Origin: Rhizobiaceae bacterium
Lineage (GTDB): Bacteria > Pseudomonadota > Alphaproteobacteria > Rhizobiales > Rhizobiaceae
Direction of reading: 5' to 3'
Length of the DNA: 64,000 nucleotides
Assembly (NCBI GenBank): GCA_041739225.1
Contig: JBGSOG010000046.1
Span: 92,681 to 156,680 of the forward strand
Shown here one piece after another: positions 1 through 9,884 of the stretch (position 1 is its first letter; every line of letters begins with the position of its first letter). The notes under the pieces were generated by a model that worked only from the letters and a program-made list of their open reading frames with translations, ran no database searches and had not been told where the DNA came from. A program made the position numbers and the translations under genes.

Positions 1-847
1 TGGCTTGCTTGTCGGACTTCCCGGGCTTGCCAAGACCAAACTGGTGGAGACGCTCGGCACGGTACTCGGGCTTGCAGAACAGCGTATCCAGTTCACGCCG
101 GACCTGATGCCATCCGATATTCTGGGCAGTGAAATCCTGCGCACCGATGCTGACGGCACCCGCTCGTTCCATTTTGTCAAGGGCCCGATTTTTGCCCAGC
201 TGCTAATGGCCGATGAAATCAACCGCGCCAGTCCCCGCACACAGGCCGCCCTGCTGCAATCGATGCAGGAATACCATGTGACCATTGCCGGACAGCGCTA
301 TGATTTGCCCGCGCCGTTCCACGTCCTGGCCACGCAAAACCCGCTGGAACAGGAAGGCACCTACCCGTTGCCGGAAGCGCAGCTCGATCGGTTTTTGATG
401 CAGATTGATGTCGATTATCCGAGCCTGGCAGCAGAAAAGCAGATCCTGTTTGAAACCACCGGCTCATCGGAACGGCGTGCCAGCGAAGTCATGACCGCCA
501 AGCGGTTACAGGAATTGCAGGCGCTGGTTCGGCGCATTCCTGCCGGCGAAAGCGTGGTGGACGCCATTCTTGAACTGGTTCGCTCGGCACGGCCAGGCGG
601 TGTCAAGGACGAGCACGATGCCTTCATCGACTGGGGACCAGGACCACGTGCCAGCCAGGCGCTGATGCTGACCGTGCGGGCTAGGGCCATGCTGCAAGGT
701 CGGCTCGCGCCATCGGTCGATGACGTGCTGGCGCTGGCTGAACCTGTGCTTCAGCACCGCATGCAATTGTCGTTCGCAGCGCGTGCTTCGGAAAACCGGG
801 TTACCATCCGCGACGTCATCGCTGCCCGCATGAAGCGGATTGGCTGA
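1..847 (+). CDS. MoxR-family AAA+ ATPase (5' end outside the window)
   Basis: The ORF runs off the left edge (track 5..847). It has a GLPGLAKT Walker-A-like loop, LLMADEINRA Walker B and VLATQNP, the usual MoxR/AAA_3 signature. It is the first gene of a four-gene same-strand cluster. Confidence 0.85.
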   Translation, partial: GLLVGLPGLAKTKLVETLGTVLGLAEQRIQFTPDLMPSDILGSEILRTDADGTRSFHFVKGPIFAQLLMADEINRASPRTQAALLQSMQEYHVTIAGQRYDLPAPFHVLATQNPLEQEGTYPLPEAQLDRFLMQIDVDYPSLAAEKQILFETTGSSERRASEVMTAKRLQELQALVRRIPAGESVVDAILELVRSARPGGVKDEHDAFIDWGPGPRASQALMLTVRARAMLQGRLAPSVDDVLALAEPVLQHRMQLSFAARASENRVTIRDVIAARMKRIG

Positions 848-1787
848 TGGCGACGGCTTTGCTGTTCGTGGAGGCACTGCTTTGAGCCCGACCATTGGCA
901 GTTCGGCCGCGCGCGAGACCGGTCGCGACACGCTTGCCCGGGCCCGGGCGCGGGCTGCCCTGATACCCGATCTTCTGGTTGAGGCGCGCAAGGTGGCCGG
1001 AAATGTTTACGCCGGATGGCACGGGCGTCGCAAACGTGGAATTGGCGAAGATTTCTGGCAATTCCGGCCCTATGTTGCCGGCGAGAACATGGCTGCCATC
1101 GACTGGCGGCGCTCGGCGCGTGATGATCATGTTTATGTGCGTGACCGCGAATGGCAAGCTTCGCACATGGTCTGGTTGTGGGTGGATGAATCCCCCTCGA
1201 TGCTGTTCAAGTCGCAGCAGGCGCGGGTGGCCAAACAGTCGCGCTCGCTGGTGCTGGCCTTCGCCCTTGCCGAATTGCTGGCGCGCAGCGGCGAGCGGTT
1301 GGGCTGGCTTGGCGTTTCGCCGCCCATTGTCAGCCGCCATGCAGCGGAGCGCCTTGGCGAAGCCTTGCTGATTGCCCCGCCGCAAAACGAGTTCCCGACG
1401 GCTGTTGAAATCCGCGGTCATTGCGATGTCATTTTGATCTCTGATTTCCTGCAGCAAACCGACGAGGTCGAGACAAAAATCCGCCAGTTCGCCCGGCAGG
1501 GCGCACGCGGACACCTCGTGCAAATAGCTGATCCGGTCGAGCAGCTCTTTCCCTATTCCGGAAGGGTTGAATTCATGGATCCGGAGACCGGAACCAAGCT
1601 GACCGCCGGCAATGCCAGAAGCCTGAAGCTGGAGTATGAAGCCTTGTTCGGCAGTCATGTTGCACGAATGCGAAGCTTGGCCGCGGGTCTTGGCTGGAGC
1701 CATACGCTGCACCGGACCGATCATCTGGCATCACAGGCGCTGACTGCGCTGCATGTGCATCTGACGCAAGACAGGGGGAATGCATGA
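840..1787 (+). CDS. DUF58 domain protein (MoxR partner, vWA-like)
   Basis: 315-aa ORF. FRPYVAGENMAAIDWRRSARDDHVYVRDREW matches the DUF58 core. The TTG start at 840 overlaps the moxR stop (845-847), so the exact start is uncertain. Confidence 0.8.
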   Translation: MADGDGFAVRGGTALSPTIGSSAARETGRDTLARARARAALIPDLLVEARKVAGNVYAGWHGRRKRGIGEDFWQFRPYVAGENMAAIDWRRSARDDHVYVRDREWQASHMVWLWVDESPSMLFKSQQARVAKQSRSLVLAFALAELLARSGERLGWLGVSPPIVSRHAAERLGEALLIAPPQNEFPTAVEIRGHCDVILISDFLQQTDEVETKIRQFARQGARGHLVQIADPVEQLFPYSGRVEFMDPETGTKLTAGNARSLKLEYEALFGSHVARMRSLAAGLGWSHTLHRTDHLASQALTALHVHLTQDRGNA

Positions 1788-4582
1788 TACCCGGTCTGCC
1801 ACTGGCTTTTGTTTCCCCGGTGATCCTTTCAGCATTGATCCTGCTGCCGGCGATCTGGTGGTTGTTGCGGCTGACCCCTCCAAAGCCGCAAACCGAATTG
1901 TTTCCGCCGCTGGCGATTCTGGCGCGCATCATCAAACGTGAGGAAACGCCTGCCAGAAGCCCCTGGTGGCTGACGCTGTTGCGCCTTGCAATGGCTGCAC
2001 TGGTGATCATCGCCATGGCCGGGCCGGTACTCAATCCGCGTGAGGCGCGGCTCAGCGGCGAGGGACCGTTGGCATTGATCATCGACAATGGCTGGGCTTC
2101 GGCGGCGCAATGGGAAAACCGGCTTGATACGGCCCGCACGTTGATCGACGAAGCAGAGGCTGCCAACCGGCCGGTCATTCTTGTTGAAACGGCCGGCGGC
2201 GCTGGTCAGGACATCAGGCCGGTTTCAGCCAGCCAGGCGCGCAGCCTGCTGGAGAGCCTGCCCGCCCGTCCGCTGAAACCGTCGCACCAACTTGCAGCCG
2301 GGCTTTCGCAAGCATTGGTGCGCGAGCACAATCCAGGTTCGCTGTTCTATCTTTCAGACGGGCTGGCGCGCAACGAGACTGCGGCTTTCGCCTCTGCCTT
2401 CGCCGCCGCGCAGGGGCAGAAAACCATTGTCCAAGCTGAAACCAAAGACCTTGTGGCGCTGGTGGATGTGCGCAACGATCCCGATGCACTCATCGGCACC
2501 ATCGAGCGGGTTGCCAGTTCGTTGCCGGTACAAGTGACAGTCGAGGCCCTTGACAGCAAGGGCTTGCCGCTGGCGCGCCAACCGGTTTCGTTTGCTGCAG
2601 GTTCTTCGCAAGCGCAGTTTCGTCTGGAACAGCCGGTTGAACTTCGCAATCAGATAGCCCGCATCAATGTGGTTGAAAACCGCAGTGCAGGCAGTGTGCA
2701 ATTGCTGGACGACCGCTTTCGCCGACGGTTGGTCGGGTTGTTGTCGGGTGAAGGCGCAGATCAGGCGCAGCCATTGCTGGCTCCGCTGTATTACATTTCC
2801 AAGGCGCTTTCCCCATTCAGTGACATTCGCAATGCAAGCAGCGCCAACATTGCTGAAGCCGTGCCGCAACTTCTGCAACAGAATGTTTCGGCTATCGTTT
2901 TGGCTGATGTCGGCAATCTGCCGGAAGAGGCGCAAAATGCGTTGGGCGACTGGGTGCAAAAGGGCGGCACGTTAATCCGTTTTGCCGGGCCAAGACTGGC
3001 AGCATCGGGCGATGATCCACTGCTCCCGGTGAAGTTGCGTCAGGGCGACCGCAATCTTGGAGGCGCGCTTTCCTGGGAAACGCCGAAGGCTGTGGCGGCA
3101 TTCGAAAGTGGTTCGCCGTTTTTCGGCATCGTGGCCCCCCAGGAGGTTTCGGTGAAGCGGCAGGTGCTGGCGCTGCAGGATGGTGATCTTGACCGCAAGA
3201 CCTGGGCGGTGCTGGAAGACGGGACGCCGCTGGTTACTGCCGAGAAGCGGGCTTCCGGCTGGATTGTGCTATTCCATGTCGGATCGGATGCCGAGTGGTC
3301 GAACTTGCCGATTTCGGGAACGTTTGTAGAAATGCTGCGCCGTGTGGTCAGCCAGTCGCAATCCAGTGGCACGGCCAATGGCGATGCGCCCAATGCATCG
3401 CTGCCGCCGCTCTCCATCCTCGATGGCAATGGTACTTTGCTGCCGCCGGACATTTCGGTGAAGCCGCTGCTGGTCGGGAGCCGGATTGTACCGGTCGCAA
3501 GTACAGACAATCCTCCGGGCCTTTATGGCACCGAGGACGGCTTTGTCTCGCTGAACCTTTTCAAGGAGGGTGAAACGCTGAGCCCGATTGATCTGTCGCT
3601 TTTTGCCAATGGCACTGCGGTTGCTGCCTATGCCAATGACAGTGCATTCAATGTCGCGCCATGGCTGTTGGCGCTTGCGGCTTTGCTGATGACGCTCGAT
3701 TGCCTTGCCGTGTTGTGGATTGCCGGGGTGTTGCGGCCAAGGCTGTCAGGCGCAACGGGATCAGCGGCAATCATCGTTGCCTTTTTGGTTGTCGCACCGA
3801 TGCCTGATGCCGCAGCGCAAACCACTGACACTGGCGTCGATTTTTCCTCCGCCTTGACCACGAGGCTTGCGTACGTGGAAACCGGCGACAGTGAAGTGGA
3901 CCGTATCAGCCGCGCCGGATTGGAGGGTTTGACCCGGTACCTGGCGAGCCGCACAGCGCTTGAGCCGGGGGAACCGGTCGGCCTCGACGTTTCCAAGGAT
4001 GAATTGTCATTCTATCCGGTGATCTATTGGCCGATCAGCATGGGTGCCGCGCTGCCGGACAACTCAACGATGGCACGGGTTGATGCTTTCATGAAACAAG
4101 GCGGCACGGTGCTGTTTGATACGCGCGACCAAGCCACCGGTGTGCTCGGCGGCACCTCCGGATCGCCCGAAGCACAACGCTTGCAGCTTATTCTTTCCGG
4201 CCTCGACATTCCACCGTTGCAACCGGTGCCCCCCGACCACGTTCTGACCAAGGCGTTTTACTTGTTGTCGAGCTTTCCTGGTCGTTACACGGGCGGTGAA
4301 TTGTGGGTGGAACAGCCTGCAAGCGACAACGAAAATGCTGCCGGACGCCCGGCGCGGGCAGGAGACGGGGTATCGGCCATCCTCATCACCTCCAATGACC
4401 TCGCCGCTGCATGGGCGATCGACGCATCCGGCGAGCCGATGTTGCCGGTGGTTTCGCAAGACTTCATGCAGCGCGAATTGAGCTACCGGACCGGCGTCAA
4501 CATCATGATGTATGCGATGACCGGCAACTACAAGGCAGACCAGGTACACATTCCGGCACTTCTGGAACGGTTGGGGCAGTAA
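1784..4582 (+). CDS. Large membrane protein with BatA-like N-terminal double-TM domain and DUF4159-like C-terminus
   Basis: 932-aa ORF whose ATG overlaps the upstream stop (ATGA at 1784-1787). The N-terminus LLPAIWWLLRLTPPKP...WWLTLLRLAMAALVIIAMAGP forms two TM helices. The C-terminal VLTKAFYLLSSFPGRY...ILITSNDLAAAWA...NIMMYAMTGNYKADQVH resembles DUF4159. Confidence 0.7.
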   Translation: MIPGLPLAFVSPVILSALILLPAIWWLLRLTPPKPQTELFPPLAILARIIKREETPARSPWWLTLLRLAMAALVIIAMAGPVLNPREARLSGEGPLALIIDNGWASAAQWENRLDTARTLIDEAEAANRPVILVETAGGAGQDIRPVSASQARSLLESLPARPLKPSHQLAAGLSQALVREHNPGSLFYLSDGLARNETAAFASAFAAAQGQKTIVQAETKDLVALVDVRNDPDALIGTIERVASSLPVQVTVEALDSKGLPLARQPVSFAAGSSQAQFRLEQPVELRNQIARINVVENRSAGSVQLLDDRFRRRLVGLLSGEGADQAQPLLAPLYYISKALSPFSDIRNASSANIAEAVPQLLQQNVSAIVLADVGNLPEEAQNALGDWVQKGGTLIRFAGPRLAASGDDPLLPVKLRQGDRNLGGALSWETPKAVAAFESGSPFFGIVAPQEVSVKRQVLALQDGDLDRKTWAVLEDGTPLVTAEKRASGWIVLFHVGSDAEWSNLPISGTFVEMLRRVVSQSQSSGTANGDAPNASLPPLSILDGNGTLLPPDISVKPLLVGSRIVPVASTDNPPGLYGTEDGFVSLNLFKEGETLSPIDLSLFANGTAVAAYANDSAFNVAPWLLALAALLMTLDCLAVLWIAGVLRPRLSGATGSAAIIVAFLVVAPMPDAAAQTTDTGVDFSSALTTRLAYVETGDSEVDRISRAGLEGLTRYLASRTALEPGEPVGLDVSKDELSFYPVIYWPISMGAALPDNSTMARVDAFMKQGGTVLFDTRDQATGVLGGTSGSPEAQRLQLILSGLDIPPLQPVPPDHVLTKAFYLLSSFPGRYTGGELWVEQPASDNENAAGRPARAGDGVSAILITSNDLAAAWAIDASGEPMLPVVSQDFMQRELSYRTGVNIMMYAMTGNYKADQVHIPALLERLGQ

Positions 4583-4589
4583 GGAAACC

Positions 4590-6656
4590 ATGAATTTCAC
4601 TCTCGCCTTTGACCCGCAATTGCCGCTCTGGCTGATCGCTTTCATCGCAATTGTTTCGGGCGTGATGGTCGTGCGCGGGATTTGGACGGGCTTGCGGGGT
4701 GGCTTCATCCGGGCTGGCGCCTGGGCGCTGATCATGTTTGCGCTGCTCAATCCGTCTGCGGTGTTTGAGGAGCGGGAAGCGCTTAAAAGTATCGTTGTGG
4801 TGGTGAGCGATGCCAGTGCCAGCCAGAAGCTCGACGGCCGGCCGGAGCGCACCGAGGCGATCAGGCAGGCGGTGCTGGAACGGTTTGGCCGGTTGGAAGC
4901 CTTTGAAGTGCGCGACGTAACTGTTGAGGACCAGATTTCGGTGAGTTCAGACGCATCCACTGCGCTGTTCCGCGCTGTTTCCAATGCACTTCAGGATGTT
5001 CCGCCGGACCGTGTTGCGGGTGCGTTGATGATCACTGACGGACAAGTGCATGATGTGCCGCAGTCGCTGGCCCAGATCGGCATCAATGCGCCGGTGCATG
5101 CGCTGATCACCGGGCGCGAGGGAGAACGGGATCGCCGCATCTTCATCGAGCAAGCCCCGCGTTACGGAGTGGTCGGCGAACCCTATGAGATCGATTACCG
5201 GGTAACGCAGAGCGGATTTTCGCCAAATGACGCGCCGGTTGAAGTCAGCGTGTTGCTGGACGGTGAGGTCATTTCGGTTGAAGAAGTGGTTCCCGGACAG
5301 CCTGCCCGCTTTGTTGATGAAATTGCCCATGGCGGCAAGAACATCATCGAATTCAGGGTGACCGCCGACGACGGTGAAATCACCCCGGTCAACAATCAGG
5401 CATTTGTTGAAATCAACGGCATTCGCGAGAACCTTCGTGTCTTGCTGGTTTCGGGCGAGCCGCATCCGGGCGAGCGAACCTGGCGCAACCTGCTGAAAGC
5501 AGATCCTTCGGTCGATCTGGTGCACTTTACAATTCTGCGGCCTCCGGAAAAGCAGGACGGCACACCGATCAACCAGTTGTCACTGATTGCCTTCCCAACG
5601 CGCGAATTGTTCATCCAGAAGATCGACGAGTTCGATCTCATCATTTTCGACCGCTACCGGCATCGTGGCATTCTGCCATTGTTGTATTACGAGAACATCG
5701 CCCGATATGTGCGCGATGGCGGGGCATTGATGATTGCAGCCGGGCCGGAAATTGGCGAACCGGGCAGTATCTCGGGGCCGCTTGGAGATGTGATGCCTGC
5801 CGCCCCCGATGGCACTGCGGTCGAGCAAGGTTTCAAGCCGATGATAGCGCCGGTCGGGCTGAAACATCCGGTTACACGTGATCTGGATGGCTGGAATGAC
5901 GGCAAGCCAACTTGGGGACGGTGGTTCCGGACCGTGGGAGCCAGCGGCGTAAACGGCAATGCCGTGCTTTCAGGCGCCAATGATGCGCCGGTACTGGTGC
6001 TGAACCGTGTCGGCGATGGGCGTGTGGCCTTGTTCCTTTCCGACCATCCGTGGCTATGGGCGCGCGGGTTCGAAGGGGGCGGGCCGCATTTGCAATTGCT
6101 GCGGCGTACTTCACACTGGCTGATGAAAGAGCCCGAACTCGATGAAGAACGGCTGACACTTGTATCCGATGGAAGGCGGGTGACTGTCGAGCGCCAAACG
6201 CTTGGCGATGATCCGGGCGACGCTGTTTTGACCCCGCCTGCAGGTGAAAACTCCAGTCTCAAGCTGATAGAAGCCGGACCAGGGCGATATCGGGCAGAGA
6301 CCGATGTGCAGGCTTTCGGGCTCTATTCAGTCACCAATGGCGATTTGACCGCACTTACCCATGTGGGACCGCCCAATCCACGGGAGTTCTCGGAGGTGCT
6401 AAGCACCAGCGAAGTGCTTCGTCCGGTGCTGGAGGCTTCACGCGGCTCGGTGCGGGTGGCCAGCGCGGCCAACATGCCTCGCATTGTTCCGGTCCGTCCG
6501 GGAGCTGCGGCAACCGGAACAAGCTGGATCGGGTTTGAAAACACACAAGCAAGTGTGCTCAAGGGCGTGAACCGCATCCCGATTTTCACTGGCCTGATTG
6601 GTCTTGGTTTGTTGATACTGGCACTGGCAGGCATGTGGGCTCGCGAAGGCAGGTAG
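4590..6656 (+). CDS. Large membrane-anchored protein, last gene of the MoxR cluster (family not recognised)
   Basis: 688-aa ORF starting 7 nt after the previous stop. It has N-terminal TM helices (LWLIAFIAIVSGVMVV, AWALIMFALL) and a C-terminal TM anchor (IFTGLIGLGLLILALAGMW). Confidence 0.6.
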   Translation: MNFTLAFDPQLPLWLIAFIAIVSGVMVVRGIWTGLRGGFIRAGAWALIMFALLNPSAVFEEREALKSIVVVVSDASASQKLDGRPERTEAIRQAVLERFGRLEAFEVRDVTVEDQISVSSDASTALFRAVSNALQDVPPDRVAGALMITDGQVHDVPQSLAQIGINAPVHALITGREGERDRRIFIEQAPRYGVVGEPYEIDYRVTQSGFSPNDAPVEVSVLLDGEVISVEEVVPGQPARFVDEIAHGGKNIIEFRVTADDGEITPVNNQAFVEINGIRENLRVLLVSGEPHPGERTWRNLLKADPSVDLVHFTILRPPEKQDGTPINQLSLIAFPTRELFIQKIDEFDLIIFDRYRHRGILPLLYYENIARYVRDGGALMIAAGPEIGEPGSISGPLGDVMPAAPDGTAVEQGFKPMIAPVGLKHPVTRDLDGWNDGKPTWGRWFRTVGASGVNGNAVLSGANDAPVLVLNRVGDGRVALFLSDHPWLWARGFEGGGPHLQLLRRTSHWLMKEPELDEERLTLVSDGRRVTVERQTLGDDPGDAVLTPPAGENSSLKLIEAGPGRYRAETDVQAFGLYSVTNGDLTALTHVGPPNPREFSEVLSTSEVLRPVLEASRGSVRVASAANMPRIVPVRPGAAATGTSWIGFENTQASVLKGVNRIPIFTGLIGLGLLILALAGMWAREGR

Positions 6657-6683
6657 GACTGCATCCAAGCCAGTCAGCCAAAT

Positions 6684-6712
6684 AAAAAGGCCGGGCATTG
6701 CGCCCGGCCTTT
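6684..6712. terminator. Bidirectional rho-independent terminator between convergent genes
   Basis: AAAAA-GGCCGGGC-attgc-GCCCGGCC-TTT. This is a perfect 8-bp GC stem (6689-6696 / 6702-6709) flanked by an A-run and a T-run. Confidence 0.75.
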
Positions 6713-6735
6713 GGTACCTTCAACCCGTCAGTGAC

Positions 6736-7866
6736 TTACAAAACCACCACTTCAGCGCCTTTTTCGACCCGCTGATACAGATCAATCACGTGTTCGTTGA
6801 TCATGCGGAAGCAGCCGTTGGAAGAGGCTGTGCCAATCGAGTTTGGCTGGGTCGTTCCATGGATGCGCAGATAGGTGTCCTGCTTGCCCTGATAAAGATA
6901 AATGGCGCGGGCACCGAGCGGGTTGTCCGGTCCGCCGTCCATGCCGTCAGCGTATTTGCCGTATTTCTTTGGTTCGCGCGCGATCATTTCCTTGGTTGGT
7001 ATCCAGCGTGGCCAAGGCTGTTTGGCACCAACGGTGGCTTTGCCGGTAAACAGGAGACCTTCCTTGCCTACGGCAACAGCATAGCGAATGGCGCTGATCG
7101 GCGATTCAACGAAATAGAGGTATTTTTTCTGGGTATCGATGACGATGGTACCCGGCTTGTAACCTTTGAACGGCACGGTCACCGGAACGAACTCTTCCTT
7201 GACCTTGAATTTTTTCTTCTCGGGGACCGAAGCGATCTGCACGTCATGCTGAACCTGTTCTTCGGAAAGAAGTTCTGGTTTTGGCTTTGGTGCATCAAAC
7301 ATGCCGAAGAAGAATTTCGGCGTCTTGCGCTGTACCAACTCACCTGGAACTGCAGAAACTTCAACAACCTTCGCTTCGTCAGCTTTTTTCTTTTGCTTGG
7401 CCAGTTTTTTCTCGTCCTTGGCCTCAGGTGCGGCCTTGGTTTTGGCTTCCGCCCCTGGCTTTTGTGATGCTGCCGGATCGGTTGGCTTGACCAAGGCGTT
7501 GGCGGTTTTGACCGGTTCCAACGGCTTGGATTCAGCCGGTGCTGCCTTTGTTTCGGCTACCACAGGCTTGGCCACAGGCTTTTCCACCGCAATTACCGGC
7601 GCGGTGGCTGGCAATGAAAGCTGCGGAGCGGGCAATTTGAAACTTGTCGCTACCGGCTGGCTTGAAGAAGCAGGAGCGGGAGTTGCTGCACTGACTACCG
7701 GCTGGGAAACCGATTTGGTCGGAGCGGCCGCAGCGGCTGCTGCCGGCTTTTGCTGAACAACCACTGTATCAAGCGCGGGTTTTGCGGTTTCCTGCGCATA
7801 TGAAGCTGTTGCCGCCAGCGAAAACGCCAGTGCCGCAGCCAGTGCCAAACTGTCTTTGTTTCTCAT
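6736..7866 (-). CDS. L,D-transpeptidase (YkuD domain) with long low-complexity linker
   Basis: Signal peptide MRNKDSLALAAALAFSLAATASYAQE, followed by an Ala/Pro/Lys/Val-rich region. The C-terminal YkuD domain carries the catalytic IHGT...SNGCFRM motif. Confidence 0.85.
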   Translation of the reverse strand: MRNKDSLALAAALAFSLAATASYAQETAKPALDTVVVQQKPAAAAAAAPTKSVSQPVVSAATPAPASSSQPVATSFKLPAPQLSLPATAPVIAVEKPVAKPVVAETKAAPAESKPLEPVKTANALVKPTDPAASQKPGAEAKTKAAPEAKDEKKLAKQKKKADEAKVVEVSAVPGELVQRKTPKFFFGMFDAPKPKPELLSEEQVQHDVQIASVPEKKKFKVKEEFVPVTVPFKGYKPGTIVIDTQKKYLYFVESPISAIRYAVAVGKEGLLFTGKATVGAKQPWPRWIPTKEMIAREPKKYGKYADGMDGGPDNPLGARAIYLYQGKQDTYLRIHGTTQPNSIGTASSNGCFRMINEHVIDLYQRVEKGAEVVVL

Positions 7867-8003
7867 GTGTCTTTCCAGCTTACTGTTTCATCGGCACATG
7901 CCGACAGAAATTTCCCGGTGGCATATGGAACAAATCAACAAACACCACTCTGATGGAAGTGTGTAAAACGCCGCACAGCAAAGTCAATGTGAAGCCGTTG
8001 TTC

Positions 8004-8549
8004 TTACGAAAGTTTTGGATCAGCGTTGCATCTTTGCACGTGTCGTGTGGCTTGTCCGCAATAGTGCGACAGAACATTTGCAGAAAGTTCGCGATACAGC
8101 GTGCGGGCAGGGTCGGCCGGTCCGGGCAGGGTTATCTGCCCGTGCGGTACGGTTTTGAAGCCGAACCTGCGATAATATGGCTCATCTCCCACCAGAATCA
8201 CGAACTTGTCGCCCCGGTGGTGCGCGGCAAACAGCGCGCGATCCATCAGTTCACGGCCAATGCCCATGCTTTTGTGCTGCGGTTCGACAATAAGCGGGCC
8301 AAGCACAAGGGCGGGCAACCCGCCTATGTTGATGCGGGTCAGGCGAATGGATCCGGCCAGTGACTCCTGGCCGTTGGCGTCTTCCATCATTGCGACGAAG
8401 CTCAAGTCTGGCTCATGGCGCACGCCTTCGCGCAACCTGAAGGCCGCACGTGCATAACGGCCCGGCCCGAATGCGCGGGCAGACAAGGCCTCAATTGCTG
8501 CATCAAGGTCAGGCGATTCAGGCCTGATTTTCAGGGTGAAGGAAATCAT
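8004..8549 (-). CDS. GNAT family N-acetyltransferase
   Basis: 181-aa ORF. LIVEPQHKSMGIGRELMDRAL fits the acetyl-CoA binding Q/RxxGxG/A segment of GNAT enzymes. Confidence 0.7.
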   Translation of the reverse strand: MISFTLKIRPESPDLDAAIEALSARAFGPGRYARAAFRLREGVRHEPDLSFVAMMEDANGQESLAGSIRLTRINIGGLPALVLGPLIVEPQHKSMGIGRELMDRALFAAHHRGDKFVILVGDEPYYRRFGFKTVPHGQITLPGPADPARTLYRELSANVLSHYCGQATRHVQRCNADPKLS

Positions 8550-8894
8550 GGACGTTTTCCGGCAAACAGAAAGGAAGTTTCTGGCCGGAAAGCGTCTCTT
8601 GCGTCAGCGCTCCAGCCGGATGGACGAGCAAGCGCCATGCGCAAAAAGCGCCGGGCTTTGGCTCATTCGTCGTCGCAAGCTGGACATCGCTTTAGTCTCG
8701 CGTGGGCCGGAATTGCAGGATCATCGTTCCTGCATTCTGCAAGGAACGCGCAGATAACACAAGCTTTGGGTTGCGTCCAATAAAATAACGTCTTGCCCAC
8801 CAGACCTGTCTACGCATTGTTCACCGCAAAGACAGTGAACCAGATCGAAAACAGCCCTAAATGGATTGTTTGAAGCAATCAGGATGAAAACCCC

Positions 8895-9884
8895 ATGGGA
8901 CTACTCGTTGACGGCAACTGGCAAGACCAGTGGTATGATACCTCCAAGAGCGGCGGACGTTTCGTGCGCAAGGATGCTGCATTTCGCAACTGGGTGACAA
9001 AGGACGGGGCTCCGGGTCCCAGCGGGGAAGGCGGCTTCAAGGCGGAGGCCGGGCGATATCATCTGTATGTTTCGCTGGCCTGTCCTTGGGCGCACCGCAC
9101 GTTGATTTTCCGCAGGCTCAAAAAACTTGAAAGCGTGATTGGCGTTTCAGTGACAAATTTTCTGATGGCCGAAAACGGGTGGACATTCCATCCGCAGGAC
9201 GGCGCAATTGCCGACGACGTCAACAATGCGCAATTCATGTGGCAGGTCTACGTTCGTGCGAAATCCGACTTTTCGGGAAGGGTGACCGTGCCGGTACTTT
9301 GGGACCGCGAGAAAAATACAATCGTCAGCAATGAATCGTCGGAAATCATCCGCATGTTCAATTCAGCTTTTGATGAAGTGGGTGCTGTGGGGCCGGATTA
9401 TTATCCGGCTGAACTTCGCACAGAAATCGATGCGGTCAACGCCCGGGTTTATTCCAGCGTCAACAATGGCGTTTATCGCTGCGGCTTCGCCACCAGCCAG
9501 CCAGCTTATGAGGAGGCGTTTTCCGAGCTGTTTACATCGCTGGACTGGCTCGAAGATATTCTCTCGCGTCAGCGCTATCTCGCCGGTGACCGGCTGACCG
9601 AAGCCGACTGGCGGTTGTTCACCACGCTTGTGCGCTTCGACGCGGTTTATGTCGGCCACTTCAAGTGCAACCGCCACCGCATCGAAGACATCCCCAACCT
9701 GTCAAATTACTTGCGCGAATTGTTTCAGGTGCCAGGTGTCGCGCAAACCGTGAACATGCAGCACATCAAGGGTCATTATTACGCAAGCCATCCCACCATC
9801 AACCCGACAGGTATCATTCCCGTCGGCCCGGCGCTGGACTTCTCGCGGCCACATGACCGTGGGCGCTTTTCCGCTCACCAGTAG
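8895..9884 (+). CDS. yqjG: Xi-class glutathione transferase / glutathionyl-hydroquinone reductase (YqjG/ECM4-like)
   Basis: 329-aa ORF with YHLYVSLACPWAHRTLI, the CPWA active-site motif. Length and layout are typical of the family. Confidence 0.8.
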   Translation: MGLLVDGNWQDQWYDTSKSGGRFVRKDAAFRNWVTKDGAPGPSGEGGFKAEAGRYHLYVSLACPWAHRTLIFRRLKKLESVIGVSVTNFLMAENGWTFHPQDGAIADDVNNAQFMWQVYVRAKSDFSGRVTVPVLWDREKNTIVSNESSEIIRMFNSAFDEVGAVGPDYYPAELRTEIDAVNARVYSSVNNGVYRCGFATSQPAYEEAFSELFTSLDWLEDILSRQRYLAGDRLTEADWRLFTTLVRFDAVYVGHFKCNRHRIEDIPNLSNYLRELFQVPGVAQTVNMQHIKGHYYASHPTINPTGIIPVGPALDFSRPHDRGRFSAHQ

